From Patescibacteria group bacterium (lineage in GTDB: Bacteria; Acidobacteriota; Polarisedimenticolia; Gp22-AA2): 64,000 bases of DNA. Shown piece by piece: positions 21,350 to 32,707 of this stretch. The number at the start of each line of letters is the position of its first letter. Position 1 is the first letter of the stretch. The notes below the pieces were generated by a model. It had not been told where the DNA came from. It worked only from the letters and a program-made list of their open reading frames with translations, and searched no databases. A program made the position numbers and the translations under genes. The stretch covers positions 5,215-69,214 of the forward strand of contig DASRAN010000007.1 of assembly GCA_035638115.1 (NCBI GenBank), given 5' to 3'.

Positions 21350-22261
21350 TCAGACCGGATTCTTCAGGTTGATGATGCTGCTGACGTCGAAATTCCTCAG
21401 GAAGTCCTTGATCACCGGAAGGTGAGGGAAGAACTCCTGCAGCCGGTCGAAGTAATGGTCGCTCTTCGCCTCGTCTCCCTTCAGGAGGTGGATTTCCCCG
21501 AGGAGGTAATAGCAGTTCTTCTGAATGTCCTTGTAGTCCTGCTGGATGGCGAGCGTCAGCGCCTGCTCGCCGTGATCGCCGGCTAAGACCAGCTCCTTCG
21601 TCTGCATGTAGGCGAAACTGAGATCCTGGTGGCTCTCGCTCACGCAGCGAACGTTGTCGTTCTTCTCGGCGATTGCAAGCGCCTGATGAATGATGGTGAT
21701 GCCGCGCCGGTACTTTTTCTTGAGGAGCAGGCAGTACCCGAGATTCTCGGTGATCGTATCGATCGGCCAGGACGCTTTCCGCTCCCCGCGCTTGCCCAGC
21801 GCGAGAGCGACCCGGAACTCGGCGACCGCGTCGTCGAGGTAGCTCTTGTTCATGTAGATGTTGCCGATGAGGTTGTGGCAGGAGGCTTTCCACGCCGGGT
21901 TGTCGATCGCCTCGCAGGCGTTGAGGGCGCGCTTCGCGTACATCAGCGCCCGATCGAGCCGGCCCTGGCGTCTCAGGGCGCTGGCGATGTTGAACGATGT
22001 ACGGAAGACGATCTGGGGCTCGCGGGTCCGGAGGAGGATCTGCCTCAACCCGCGCTCGGCTTCCTTGATGTCACCCGCCGCCAGCCGGGCGGTGCTGAGG
22101 TTGCAGAGAGCCTTGACCAGGAGTGCCTGGTCGGCCATCTCCTCGGCGAGGGCGATGGCCCGCTCGAAATTATCGATGGCCCTTCGGAAGTCGCCCCTCC
22201 GGACGAATTGCTCGCCCGCCTCGGTGAGGTCCAAAAAACTGGCCTGAGTCTCGGCGTCCAT
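21350..22261 (-). CDS. Tetratricopeptide repeat protein
   Basis: Multiple TPR-like helical pairs (NLSTA, NIASA, NLIGNIY, NLGYC, DLSFAY, LLGEIH); GGGAG RBS. Confidence 0.85.
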   Translation of the reverse strand: MDAETQASFLDLTEAGEQFVRRGDFRRAIDNFERAIALAEEMADQALLVKALCNLSTARLAAGDIKEAERGLRQILLRTREPQIVFRTSFNIASALRRQGRLDRALMYAKRALNACEAIDNPAWKASCHNLIGNIYMNKSYLDDAVAEFRVALALGKRGERKASWPIDTITENLGYCLLLKKKYRRGITIIHQALAIAEKNDNVRCVSESHQDLSFAYMQTKELVLAGDHGEQALTLAIQQDYKDIQKNCYYLLGEIHLLKGDEAKSDHYFDRLQEFFPHLPVIKDFLRNFDVSSIINLKNPV

Positions 22262-22273
22262 CGGGAGCGGCCC

Positions 22274-22642
22274 TCAGTTCCCCTTGCGGTTGCCGATCTT
22301 GTCTTCGAACTGGAGCTTGAATTGGACGTACTCGAGGACCTCTTCCTGCGCCCTGGGGCTGAGCCGGTGGAACTGGCGCAGGATCTCAGCGTCGCGTTCC
22401 TTCAGCGCGCCGGGGACCTCCTCGTGGAAGAATTCGGCGATGTTCATTTCGAACACAGAGAGGATACGGAACAGTGTTTCCAGGCTGACCTTGTACTCGC
22501 CGTTCTCCATTCGGCACAGATCGGACTGCTGGATGCCAATGCGAGCGGCGAGATCGGCCTGGGTCAGATCGCGGTCCTTCCGGAGTGCGCGGATTCTGGA
22601 CCCGACGAGGAGGGATTGCTTCTTGAATTTAGCTGTCAGCAT
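22274..22642 (-). CDS. Xre/Cro-family helix-turn-helix transcriptional regulator
   Basis: RIRALRKDRDLTQADLAARIGIQQSDLCRMENGEYKVSLETL. Confidence 0.92.
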   Translation of the reverse strand: MLTAKFKKQSLLVGSRIRALRKDRDLTQADLAARIGIQQSDLCRMENGEYKVSLETLFRILSVFEMNIAEFFHEEVPGALKERDAEILRQFHRLSPRAQEEVLEYVQFKLQFEDKIGNRKGN

Positions 22643-22720
22643 ATGATTTCCAGAGGTTGATTGCCTCGAAATTGCTTGCAGGACAAGGAGTTCAGCCCGA
22701 TGCGAGCGCAGCAATAATAC

Positions 22721-22749
22721 TTGACACCGTTGCCGCCGGAACATATACT
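22721..22749 (+). promoter_or_regulatory. Near-consensus sigma70 promoter facing the sigma factor gene
   Basis: TTGACA-N17-TATACT, about 300 nt upstream of the ATG at 23050. Confidence 0.7.
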
Positions 22750-23049
22750 GCTGTTGTCAGCTCGCACACAGAACCCAGCTTGCCGTGTCAAGAGATCGAT
22801 GGACGAGGCCAGAGGCAGCGCGATCACCGGCTCCCATCCTGTTCTCCGAGACATTGGATGGCGCCCTCCCTTGTGCTGCCCGGATTTGGAATCCGAAAGG
22901 CCTTACCCCTCGACCCCTCGGTTACGAGCTCTGGAGCCTCAAAAGCTCCATAAATTTGACGGAAATGTATTGCGATAATGAAATAAAGTCAAGCAAAAAG
23001 AAGGCGTCCCCGACCGGGTCAACCTGGCGGGGAAGGAGGTCCTAGACAG

Positions 23050-23967
23050 ATGGCGAAGGGCTCGACCGACCGCAATTCCTGTGTCTCACGCTATCTCCAC
23101 GAGATCAGCGAATTCCCCCTCCTGACCAAGGAGGAAGAGCACGCGATCGCACGTCGGATGGGTCAGGAAGGTTCAGGGGATCCGACCTACCACGATTTGG
23201 TCAAATCGAACCTCAGTTTCGTCGTCAAGATTGCCAGCGAGTACAGGAACATGGGACTCCCGTTCGAGGATCTGCTCAACGAGGGGAACATCGGACTGAT
23301 CGAGGCGGCTCATCACTTCGATCCCACCCGCGGGACCAAGTTCATCACCTACGCCATCTGGTGGATCCGGAAATCGATCCTGAAAGCGTTGTCGCAGCAC
23401 GCGGCCATGGTCCGCATCCCGAACTACCAGCTCAAGAAGGTCCGCAACGTCCGCAACACGGGACGGATGCTCTCCAAGGAGCTGGGGCGCGAGGCCGACC
23501 GCGAGGAGATCTCCAAGGAGCTGCGCGTCACCATCGCGAAGATCGACGAGATCCTGCAGATGAAGATGCGGGAGCTGTCGCTCGACGACAAGGTCGGCCG
23601 CGATCGCGACACGCCGATTTCCGATTACCTGGTGGACGGTCGCTCGGTGAACCCCGAGGACGAGCTCATCAAGCACGAGAACCAGGGTCTCATCCGCCTG
23701 GCCCTCAGGAATCTGAGCGACCAGGAGCAGACCGTGATCATCAACCGCTTCGGGCTCGAGGGCGGGCGGATCTTCACGCTCAAGGAAATCGGCGAGAAGC
23801 TCGGCGTATCGCGCGAACGGGTGCGGCAGATCGAAAGCCAGGCCAAGAAGCGCCTCAAGAAGGTGATCGGCCGCCAGCAGCGCACCGACGCTTCGGCTCC
23901 AAAGGCCGGTCGCCGGCGCAAGGTCTCGTTGCCGCGCGTCGACCCGGTCCACGACGTCAGCCACTGA
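23050..23967 (+). CDS. RpoD/RpoS-like sigma70-family factor lacking region 1.1
   Basis: YLHEISEFPLLTKEEE, SNLSFVVKIA, DLLNEGNIGLIEAA, FITYAIWWIR, TLKEIGEKLGVSRERVRQIE; GGAGG RBS. Confidence 0.93.
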   Translation: MAKGSTDRNSCVSRYLHEISEFPLLTKEEEHAIARRMGQEGSGDPTYHDLVKSNLSFVVKIASEYRNMGLPFEDLLNEGNIGLIEAAHHFDPTRGTKFITYAIWWIRKSILKALSQHAAMVRIPNYQLKKVRNVRNTGRMLSKELGREADREEISKELRVTIAKIDEILQMKMRELSLDDKVGRDRDTPISDYLVDGRSVNPEDELIKHENQGLIRLALRNLSDQEQTVIINRFGLEGGRIFTLKEIGEKLGVSRERVRQIESQAKKRLKKVIGRQQRTDASAPKAGRRRKVSLPRVDPVHDVSH

Positions 23968-24075
23968 CAGCCAGAGAGAACCCATCCACAGCGCCCGCGG
24001 CGTCTCGTTGAACGCCGCGGGCCGCTGTGTTAATCTGCGCCCACGGGCGGACCGCAAACGCCCGTGCGAGAGGCC

Positions 24076-24354
24076 ATGCGGCTCACACGCGACCAGGTCG
24101 AGTTCGTATCGCAGCACATCGTCCGGGGGCTCCTCCGGGACGAGTTCATCGCCGCCGACCACCCGGACAAGGTCATCGACGTCATCGCGCAGGTCGTGAC
24201 CGCCGACCTCGAGGCCGAGGACCGGCTCAACGACGAAGTCCGCGAGATGCTCAAGAACTACGCCGATGAGATCAGCCGCAGTTCCCTCAACTACCAGGAT
24301 CTCTTCCGCAAGGCCAAGGCCAAGCTCGCTCGCGAGCGGAAGATGGTGATCTAG
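24076..24354 (+). CDS. DUF507 family protein
   Basis: MRL...EDRLNDEVREML...YQDLFRKAKAKLARERKMVI. Confidence 0.8.
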   Translation: MRLTRDQVEFVSQHIVRGLLRDEFIAADHPDKVIDVIAQVVTADLEAEDRLNDEVREMLKNYADEISRSSLNYQDLFRKAKAKLARERKMVI

Positions 24355-24362
24355 GGTCCATC

Positions 24363-24647
24363 ATGCGACTGAGCCACGAGCGTTGCGTCCATCTCTCGCA
24401 CCAGGTCATCAACGTCCTGGAGGACGACGACGAGGTCGAGTTCCTGCACGACGCGAACGACATTCGTCTGAAGATCCTGCAGATTCTCGAATCGGAGATG
24501 GCCCACCAGGACGAGCTCGAAGAGGCGATCCGCCGACGCATCCTGTCGCAGCGGCGCGACCTCCCGGAGGGCAGCGCCGAGTACGACCTCCTCTTCCGCC
24601 GCTACTATGAAGAGGAGATGAAGAAGGTCAAGCGAGTCCGGGAGTAG
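24363..24647 (+). CDS. DUF507 family protein (second copy)
   Basis: MRLSHER...IRRRILSQRRDLPEGSAEYDLLFRRYYEEEM. Confidence 0.8.
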   Translation: MRLSHERCVHLSHQVINVLEDDDEVEFLHDANDIRLKILQILESEMAHQDELEEAIRRRILSQRRDLPEGSAEYDLLFRRYYEEEMKKVKRVRE

Positions 24648-24680
24648 ATCCCCATCGCCCCGGCCGGCGCGCAACCCTCC

Positions 24681-26624
24681 ATGAGCGCCTCCAGCCCACT
24701 CGTCGTCGGGACGGCGGGTCACATCGACCACGGCAAGAGCCTCCTCGTCCGCGCCCTCACCGGCATCGACCCCGATCGCCTGAAGGAAGAGCAGGAGCGC
24801 GGCATCACCATCGATCTCGGGTTCGCCCATCTCACCCTCGCCGACGGCACACGTGTCGGGTTCGTCGACGTTCCCGGTCACGAGCGGTTCGTGCGCAACA
24901 TGCTGGCCGGCGTCGGCGGGATCGACCTCGTGCTCTTGGTCATCGCGGCCGACGAATCGATCAAGCCGCAGACCCGAGAGCACTTCGACATCTGCCGCCT
25001 GCTCCGCGTGCCGCGGGGGATCGTGGTGCTCACCAAGTCCGACCTCGTGGAGCAGGAGATTCTGGACCTGGTCCGTCTGGAGGTCCGCGAGCTCGTCGCG
25101 GGATCCTTTCTCGAGTCGTCTCCCGTGGTCGCGGTCAGCGGCCGGACCGGCGCGGGGCTGGAGGATCTGAAGCGCGCGCTCGCGGAGGCGGCAGCCAGGC
25201 TGCCGGGGCGCGCCTCGGACGGGTTGCCACGTCTTCCGATCGACCGTGCCTTCAGCATCCGGGGGTTTGGCACCGTCGTCACGGGCACCTTGATCGCCGG
25301 GACGCTCCACGAGGGTGACGAGGTAGTCCTGCTCCCGAGTGAGCTTGCCACGCGCGTGCGGGGACTCGAGGTGCACGGCCGTCCGACCCCGATCGCGACA
25401 CCGGGACAGCGCGTCGCGGCCAACCTCCAAAGCGTCGAGGCCGGCGCCATCGCGCGCGGCGACCTCCTGACAGTGCCCGGCGTGCTCGAGCCGTCGCGCA
25501 TTTTTGACGTCGAAATCGAGTACCTTCCGACCGCGGGCGGCCCCCTGAAGGATCTGTCACGCGTCGGGTTCCATCTGATGACGTCGGAGACGCCCGCTCG
25601 GGTCAAGCTGGTGGGCGGCGGATCGATCCCTCCGGGCGCGACCGCGTTCGCCCAGTTGCGCACCGAACGACCGGTCACCGCCATTCCGGGGGATCGCTTC
25701 ATCCTGAGGAGGCAGTCGCCGCCGATGACCATCGCCGGGGGGACGTTGCTGCACAACGCGCCCCCCAAGCTTCGCCGCATGGCTCCCGAGACCCGGCGAC
25801 GCTACGAGCAGCTCGCCAGTCCCGATCCGGCGTCACGCCTGCGATGGCTCATCGAGGAGGCGGGTCCCGCCGGATGCGACGCGGCGTTCCTGCGCAGCCG
25901 CACCGGCGTCGTCTTCGCCGCGTCGTCAGCCCCGATTGCGTCTCTGGTACGTGACGGCGTCATCCTGGCTCTCCCGACGATGCCGCCTCGTTACGTGGCG
26001 CGAGGGGAGATTGATGGGCTCCGGCGGGCCGTGGTCGGGGCGCTCGAGACCTTCCACCGGAAAGAGCCGCTGCGCGAAGGGCTGGCGCGCGAGGAGATCC
26101 GGGCGCGGATCTTCGCGGACAGCCACCCCGACGTCTTCAAGAACCTGATGACCGCCATGGTCGCGGACGGGACCCTGCGCCTCGAACGCGACCGTGCTGC
26201 TCTCGCCAGTCACCGGATCTCCCTGAGCGCGGAGGATCACGCCCTCCTCGATCGCCTGGAGAAGGCCTATCGCGACGCCGGCACCAACCCCCCCGAGCTC
26301 GCCGAGGCGACGAAAGCGGTCGGGATCGCGGCGCTGAAGGTCGAAAAGCTGCTGCACCTCCTGCTGTCGCGCGGCCGGCTGGTGCGGATCCCCGACGGGA
26401 AAGTCTTCCACGCGGAGGCGATCGAGGACCTCAAGCGCAGGTTGTGGAGCCGGGGCGCCGCGCAGGACTCGATCGACATCGCCGCGTTCAAGGAGCTGAG
26501 CGGCACGAGCCGGAAGAATGCCATCCCCCTCCTCGAATATCTCGACCAGGTCAGGGTGACGCGTCGGGAGGGGGATCGCCGCCGCATCCTCCCGCCGCCG
26601 CGCCCCGCCGAACCTGCGGATTGA
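24681..26624 (+). CDS. selB: Selenocysteine-specific translation elongation factor
   Basis: [41 protein letters not shown]-terminal winged helices ending [14 protein letters not shown]. Confidence 0.96.
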   Translation: MSASSPLVVGTAGHIDHGKSLLVRALTGIDPDRLKEEQERGITIDLGFAHLTLADGTRVGFVDVPGHERFVRNMLAGVGGIDLVLLVIAADESIKPQTREHFDICRLLRVPRGIVVLTKSDLVEQEILDLVRLEVRELVAGSFLESSPVVAVSGRTGAGLEDLKRALAEAAARLPGRASDGLPRLPIDRAFSIRGFGTVVTGTLIAGTLHEGDEVVLLPSELATRVRGLEVHGRPTPIATPGQRVAANLQSVEAGAIARGDLLTVPGVLEPSRIFDVEIEYLPTAGGPLKDLSRVGFHLMTSETPARVKLVGGGSIPPGATAFAQLRTERPVTAIPGDRFILRRQSPPMTIAGGTLLHNAPPKLRRMAPETRRRYEQLASPDPASRLRWLIEEAGPAGCDAAFLRSRTGVVFAASSAPIASLVRDGVILALPTMPPRYVARGEIDGLRRAVVGALETFHRKEPLREGLAREEIRARIFADSHPDVFKNLMTAMVADGTLRLERDRAALASHRISLSAEDHALLDRLEKAYRDAGTNPPELAEATKAVGIAALKVEKLLHLLLSRGRLVRIPDGKVFHAEAIEDLKRRLWSRGAAQDSIDIAAFKELSGTSRKNAIPLLEYLDQVRVTRREGDRRRILPPPRPAEPAD

Positions 26625-26649
26625 CAGCGTCGGGGGCGGGGTCTAAGAT
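26621..26649 (+). promoter_or_regulatory. Sigma70 promoter of tatA
   Basis: TTGACA-N17-TAAGAT. Confidence 0.7.
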
Positions 26650-26668
26650 GCGTGCGAGGTGACGTGAC

Positions 26669-26842
26669 ATGGGTTCGATTGGGTTTCCGGAACTGATCCT
26701 CATTTTCATCATCGTTCTGCTAATCTTCGGCGGGAAGAAGATCCCCGAGCTCGCCCGCGGGCTCGGTGAGGGCATCCGCAACTTCCGCGAATCGCTCCAC
26801 GGCCAGAATCCACAGGACGAAAAGAAGGACAAGCCCCAGTAA
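26669..26842 (+). CDS. tatA: Twin-arginine translocase TatA/TatE subunit (not in the ORF track)
   Basis: Read by hand: MGSIGFPELILIFIIVLLIFGGKKIPELARGLGEGIRNFRESL...; FGxKKxPELARGLG signature, 57 aa. Confidence 0.93.
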   Translation: MGSIGFPELILIFIIVLLIFGGKKIPELARGLGEGIRNFRESLHGQNPQDEKKDKPQ

Positions 26843-26881
26843 GGTCGCCGCCCCGTCGCAGGCCGCCGGGCCACGTTGCGC

Positions 26882-28606
26882 ATGGCTCTCCGAACCTCGC
26901 ACGATCCCGCGCCTCAAGTCCTCGAAGAGATCGCCTTCCAGAAGGCGACCGTCGCGCGGCTGCGCCGCGAGATCGGCGACGTCGACCGCAACAGCCGCCG
27001 CCGATACATCCGCGAGTTCTACGCCGAGTTCAGCCGATACGAAGCGATCTCCTCCTGGGACGACCTGGTGATCGCCTGCTACAAGGCGGACCTCGTCTAT
27101 GTCGGGGACTACCATGCGTTGCCGGCGTCGCAGGAGTTCGCGGCGCGGCTGCTCGAGTCGATCGCGGTTCGCTCGCGCCGGGTCGTGCTCGGGCTCGAGA
27201 TGATCTACGGGCGGCACCAGGCGCTGCTCGATCGCTTCATGCGTGGTGCGATGACCGAGCCGCAGTTCCTGAAGGCCATCCGCTACGACCTCGACTGGGG
27301 CTACGAGTGGAATGGGTTCCGGGGACTGTTCGAAGTGGCGCGGCGTCACGGTGTCTCGGTGTTCGGTCTCGACTGCGGGCCGCGCACCGGCTTCCAGCAC
27401 ATCCGCCGCCGAGATCAGTACGCCGCCACCCGGCTGGCCGGCGTCATCGAAGCGAACCCAGGAGCGCGCGCCGTGGTGCTGTTCGGCGAGTCGCACCTGG
27501 CGCGCACCCACCTGCCCGGCCGCGTCACCCGGCGGCTGAAGCGGAGCGGGGTCGAGAAGCGCTCCGTCCTCGTGCTGCAGAACCTCGAGGAGATCTCCTG
27601 GAAGATGGCGGAGGACGGCCTCAAGGACGTCGAGGTCGCACGACTGGCGCCGGACGCCTACTGTCACTTCAACACCGGCCCCATCGCCAAGTACGAAGCC
27701 TATCGCCGGACCATCGAGATCTGGAAAGGGGAGGCGGATCAGGACGATCAGGTCGATTTGACCTCGACGGTGCACGGGGTGATCGACATGATTCTGCGCT
27801 TCCTGCGCGTCGACAAGCTCACGCGCCGGGTGCGTACCCACGGGCGGACGCGCGAGCCGCTCGTCGACGTCTACCCCGAGGTCTACTCCGCCCTCGAGAT
27901 CGAGGATCTGCGCGAGGTCCTGCGCGCCGCGGAGTTCGCGGACGACGAGATGCAGGAGGTCCTCGACCACGTGGGGCGCAACGGCTCGTGCTACGTCCCG
28001 CGCATCAACGCGGTGTTCATCGGCACGTTCAACATGGCGCACGCCGGTGAGGAGGCAGCCCACTTCGTCAATCAAGCGCTCAAGGGCGAAATCGACGGAC
28101 GCCCGCCGCGGACCATGGCCCAGCACGACGTGTTCTACTCTTCGGTGATGGAGGAGGCGCTCGGTTTCTTCGGATCGAAGCTGGTCGACCCGTCGCGTAA
28201 TCACTTCTTCGAGACCGAGTTCTACCAGTACTACCGCAAGGATCCGGCCGAGATCGAGGCGCACACGCCCTACACGCACGACGAGTTCAACGCCATCATC
28301 GGCTTCATCCTGAGCCACAAGAAGTTCGAGCGGGAGTACCGGAACTACGACGCGGTCCCCGAGGAGATCCTCGCCGGCATCCGTTCAGAGCCGCGTCGCG
28401 CCAACATCCTGGTTCACGAGCTGGGCTACTTCCTCGGGCAGCAGCTCCACGACGGCTACCGCGACGGGATCGTCGATCGCCGCGAGATCCTGGCCCTGTT
28501 CCGCACCTCGTTCCGGCGGACCGGGAGCGCGTTGCGGGCCTACCTCGCCCTGGCCGTGAAACTGGCCTCGGGTGCGGGCGGGCTGCACCCCGCCGGACGC
28601 GCCTGA
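26882..28606 (+). CDS. ChaN/EreA-like domain protein with additional C-terminal domain
   Basis: LVYVGDYH, VVLGLEM, YDLDWG in the N-terminal half; C-terminal half with GEEAAHF and VMEEALGF. Confidence 0.65.
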   Translation: MALRTSHDPAPQVLEEIAFQKATVARLRREIGDVDRNSRRRYIREFYAEFSRYEAISSWDDLVIACYKADLVYVGDYHALPASQEFAARLLESIAVRSRRVVLGLEMIYGRHQALLDRFMRGAMTEPQFLKAIRYDLDWGYEWNGFRGLFEVARRHGVSVFGLDCGPRTGFQHIRRRDQYAATRLAGVIEANPGARAVVLFGESHLARTHLPGRVTRRLKRSGVEKRSVLVLQNLEEISWKMAEDGLKDVEVARLAPDAYCHFNTGPIAKYEAYRRTIEIWKGEADQDDQVDLTSTVHGVIDMILRFLRVDKLTRRVRTHGRTREPLVDVYPEVYSALEIEDLREVLRAAEFADDEMQEVLDHVGRNGSCYVPRINAVFIGTFNMAHAGEEAAHFVNQALKGEIDGRPPRTMAQHDVFYSSVMEEALGFFGSKLVDPSRNHFFETEFYQYYRKDPAEIEAHTPYTHDEFNAIIGFILSHKKFEREYRNYDAVPEEILAGIRSEPRRANILVHELGYFLGQQLHDGYRDGIVDRREILALFRTSFRRTGSALRAYLALAVKLASGAGGLHPAGRA

Positions 28607-28622
28607 AGGACACGGACCGGGC

Positions 28623-29957
<1,335 letters not shown>

Positions 29958-30004
29958 CAATCGGGTCTCCTTCCGTCGGCCGGCGGGCCGGTGCGGTCCC
30001 ACAC

Positions 30005-30021
30005 AGCAACGCCGATACCAA
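30005..30021 (-). promoter_or_regulatory. Sigma54 (-24/-12) promoter of the EBP gene
   Basis: Minus strand TTGGTATCGGCGTTGCT: GG-N10-GC with TTGC(T). Confidence 0.75.
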
Positions 30022-30101
30022 CGGCCGCCGCGACGTCGCGTCAGGCACCCGTCGCGCCCAAGTGTCTGCCGTCATTCGCGATCCGGCCGGCGGCCGGCCG
30101 G

Positions 30102-30177
30102 GTGACACGGAGCGTCACAGCGCGGCCGTCCGGACGTCTGTCACACTGTGAGCAGGGGGATCGAGCCGTGTCACACT
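30102..30177. promoter_or_regulatory. Candidate enhancer (UAS) cluster: GTGAC-N7-GTCAC plus two TGTCACACTG direct repeats
   Basis: Palindrome at 30102-30118; TGTCACACTG at 30139-30148 and 30168-30177, 80-160 bp upstream of the sigma54 promoter. Confidence 0.55.
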
Positions 30178-30201
30178 GCATGACGCCGCTTAGGGCAGCA
30201 C

Positions 30202-32031
30202 ATGCCGGCTGAAACGGCTCCGGGCGATCTGCGCGAGTACCTCGCCCTGCTGCGTCGCGAGGGGGGCCTCGTCGAGATCGACGCCGAGGTCGACGCGCGG
30301 CTGGAGGCCGCTGAAATCCATCGCCGTGTCGTCGCCGCCGGCGGCCCGGCGCTCCTGTTTCGCCGCGTGCGCGGCGGCGACCTTCCGGTGGTCACGAATC
30401 TGTTCGGTTCGGCGCGCCGCGTCGCGCTCGCGTTCGGACGCCGTCCGAAGGACCTGGTGGCGCGCGCCGCCGCCCTGCCGGAAACGCTCCTCCCGCCGAC
30501 CGCGGCACGGATCTGGGCGCATCGCGATCTGTTGCGCGACCTGCTGCGCACCGGCACCCGGAGGAGCCGTGGCGGTCCGGTGCTCGAGACGATCGAGCGC
30601 CCGCCGCGCCTGACCGGGGTTCCGGCGCTGACCACCTGGGCGAAGGATGGTGGCCCGTTCATCACGCTCGGCCAGGTCTACACCGAGCATCCCGACGGAC
30701 ACGGCCACAACCTTGGTCTCTACCGTCTGCAGATTTTCGACGACGCCACGACCGGCATGCACTGGCAGATTGGCAAGGGAGGAGGATTCCATCACGCCGC
30801 GGCCGAGGAGCGCCAAAAGCCGCTGCCCGTGGCCGTCTCTCTCGGCGGACCACCGGCGCTTTTGCTGGGCGCCGTGGCGCCGCTGCCGGAGAACGTGCCC
30901 GAGCTGCTCCTCGCGTCGCTGGCGCTGGGCGGGCGCCTGCCAATGACCCGGCTCGGGGGATTTCCGCTGCCGATCCCCGCGTCGGCCGAGATGGCGCTCC
31001 TGGGCGAGGTCCGCCCCGGCGAGCGGAGGCCGGAGGGACCGTTCGGCGATCACTACGGCTACTACTCGCTGGCCCACGACTATCCGGTCTTCCACGTCGA
31101 GACCGTGGCCCGGCGGCGCGACGCCATCTTCCCCGCCACGGTGGTCGGCAAGCCGCGCCAGGAGGATTTCTTCATCGGCGACTACCTCCAGGAGATGCTG
31201 TCGCCGCTGTTCCCCGTCGTCATGCCGCAGGTGCGCGACCTCTGGTCCTACGGCGAGACGGGATACCACTCGTTGTCCGCGGCGGTCGTGCGGCAGCGTT
31301 ACCGGCGCGAGGCGATGGCCGCGGCGTTCCGCATCCTGGGGGAGGGACAGCTCTCGCTGACCAAGTTCCTGCTGGTTCTCGACAGACCGGCCGACCTGAA
31401 GGATTTCCGCGCCGTCCTGACCGCCGTGCTCGAGCGCGCCGATTTCCGCACCGACCTGTACATCATGGGTAACCTGTCGATGGACAGCCTCGACTACGCC
31501 GGCCCGCGCATCAACGAGGGGAGCAAGGGGGTGCTGCTCGGCGTCGGAGAGCCGCGGCGCGAGCTTCCGCGTTCGTACGCAGGGCCGCCGCCCGCCGGCG
31601 TCGCGCAAGCGCGTGTCTTCAGCCCCGGCTGCCTGGTCCTGGAGGCGCCACCGTATCCGCGCTCGGCCGCGCAGGGCCGGCCGGCGGGCGACGTCGCGGC
31701 GCTCCTCGCGCACCCGTCGCTGGACGCGTGGCCGCTGGTGGTCCTGACCGACGACGCGGCGCGCGCCACGAAGAGCGTCTTCAACTTCCTCTGGACGACG
31801 TTCACCCGCTTCGACCCGGCCGCCGACCTCCACGGCCGCGCCGTGCGCCTGGAGCGGAACCACCCGTCGTTCGAGACGCCGGTGGCCATCGACGCGCGTC
31901 TCAAGCCGTGGTACCCGGAGGAGCTGTTCTGCGATCCCGGCACCGCCGCGCTCGTCACGCGGCGCTGGAAGGAGTACTTTCCTGCCGGCGGTGTCGAGAT
32001 GGGGGATTCGGACCGCGGGCATCTCGACTAG
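30202..32031 (+). CDS. UbiD family decarboxylase, long form
   Basis: VVTNLFGS, GLYRLQ, HWQIGKGG, EGPFGDHYGYY, TVVGKPRQED; C-terminal FTRFDPAAD repeat domain. Confidence 0.9.
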   Translation: MPAETAPGDLREYLALLRREGGLVEIDAEVDARLEAAEIHRRVVAAGGPALLFRRVRGGDLPVVTNLFGSARRVALAFGRRPKDLVARAAALPETLLPPTAARIWAHRDLLRDLLRTGTRRSRGGPVLETIERPPRLTGVPALTTWAKDGGPFITLGQVYTEHPDGHGHNLGLYRLQIFDDATTGMHWQIGKGGGFHHAAAEERQKPLPVAVSLGGPPALLLGAVAPLPENVPELLLASLALGGRLPMTRLGGFPLPIPASAEMALLGEVRPGERRPEGPFGDHYGYYSLAHDYPVFHVETVARRRDAIFPATVVGKPRQEDFFIGDYLQEMLSPLFPVVMPQVRDLWSYGETGYHSLSAAVVRQRYRREAMAAAFRILGEGQLSLTKFLLVLDRPADLKDFRAVLTAVLERADFRTDLYIMGNLSMDSLDYAGPRINEGSKGVLLGVGEPRRELPRSYAGPPPAGVAQARVFSPGCLVLEAPPYPRSAAQGRPAGDVAALLAHPSLDAWPLVVLTDDAARATKSVFNFLWTTFTRFDPAADLHGRAVRLERNHPSFETPVAIDARLKPWYPEELFCDPGTAALVTRRWKEYFPAGGVEMGDSDRGHLD

Positions 32032-32065
32032 ACATCGCGCCTCGGCGCGCGGGAGAGGAATCGCC

Positions 32066-32689
32066 ATGTGGAAGCCAACCGCGTTCATCGCGCTCGCGAC
32101 GCTCGGCCTGGCCACAGGCCTGGTCTGGGCGCTGCAGACCTCGACGGAGTTCAACGCCAAGATCGATTTCACCAGGTACAAGACGTGGTCGTGGGGCCAG
32201 TCCGAGGTCCCTGCGAATCCGGTGGCAGAAAAGCGGATCCGCGACGCGGTCGAGGCCCGCCTGGCGGAGAAGGGGTGGACGAAGACCGACGCCGGTGCCG
32301 GCGATGCGGTGGTCTCGATCCACGGCGTGGTCAAGGATCAGGAAAGCTTCGACGTGCTCTACTCGGGCTGGGCGCCGGGATGGGGCGGGTCCGGTTACGG
32401 GGTCGGCAGCGGCGTCGGCACCTCGGTCCAGACGAAGGTGCGCTCTGGAACCCTGGTCATCGATGTCTTCGATGCGACGACGAAGACGCTCGTCTGGCGC
32501 GGGACCGCCGAAGGGACCCTCGGGCCGGCGAGCGAGGTCGACAAGAACATGAAGAAGATCGATCAGGCAGTCGAAAAGCTCCTGAAGAATTTCCCGCCGA
32601 CACCCGCCAACGGTGCGCCGGGCGGGAAGCCGCCCGAACAAAAAACTCCCGAAGGAAAAGCGCCGGAGGGGAGCCGGGTCCCGCGGTGA
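32066..32689 (+). CDS. DUF4136 domain-containing exported protein
   Basis: DFTRYKTWSW, IRDAVEARLAEKGW, GTLVIDVFDA...LVWRGTA...KLLKNFPP. Confidence 0.85.
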   Translation: MWKPTAFIALATLGLATGLVWALQTSTEFNAKIDFTRYKTWSWGQSEVPANPVAEKRIRDAVEARLAEKGWTKTDAGAGDAVVSIHGVVKDQESFDVLYSGWAPGWGGSGYGVGSGVGTSVQTKVRSGTLVIDVFDATTKTLVWRGTAEGTLGPASEVDKNMKKIDQAVEKLLKNFPPTPANGAPGGKPPEQKTPEGKAPEGSRVPR

Positions 32690-32707
32690 AAAGGGATCGG
32701 GGGGCCG

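Noticed and set aside
22780-22960. c-di-GMP-I riboswitch in the sigma factor leader
   Set aside because: A GAAA-capped hairpin is present, but the GGCAAACC / GGGACGCAAAGCC core could not be matched.
24681-26668. selC tRNA or selenoprotein near selB
   Set aside because: No tRNA-Sec-like structure was found, and no in-frame TGA at a catalytic Cys position in nearby ORFs (TlpA and ArsC use Cys codons).
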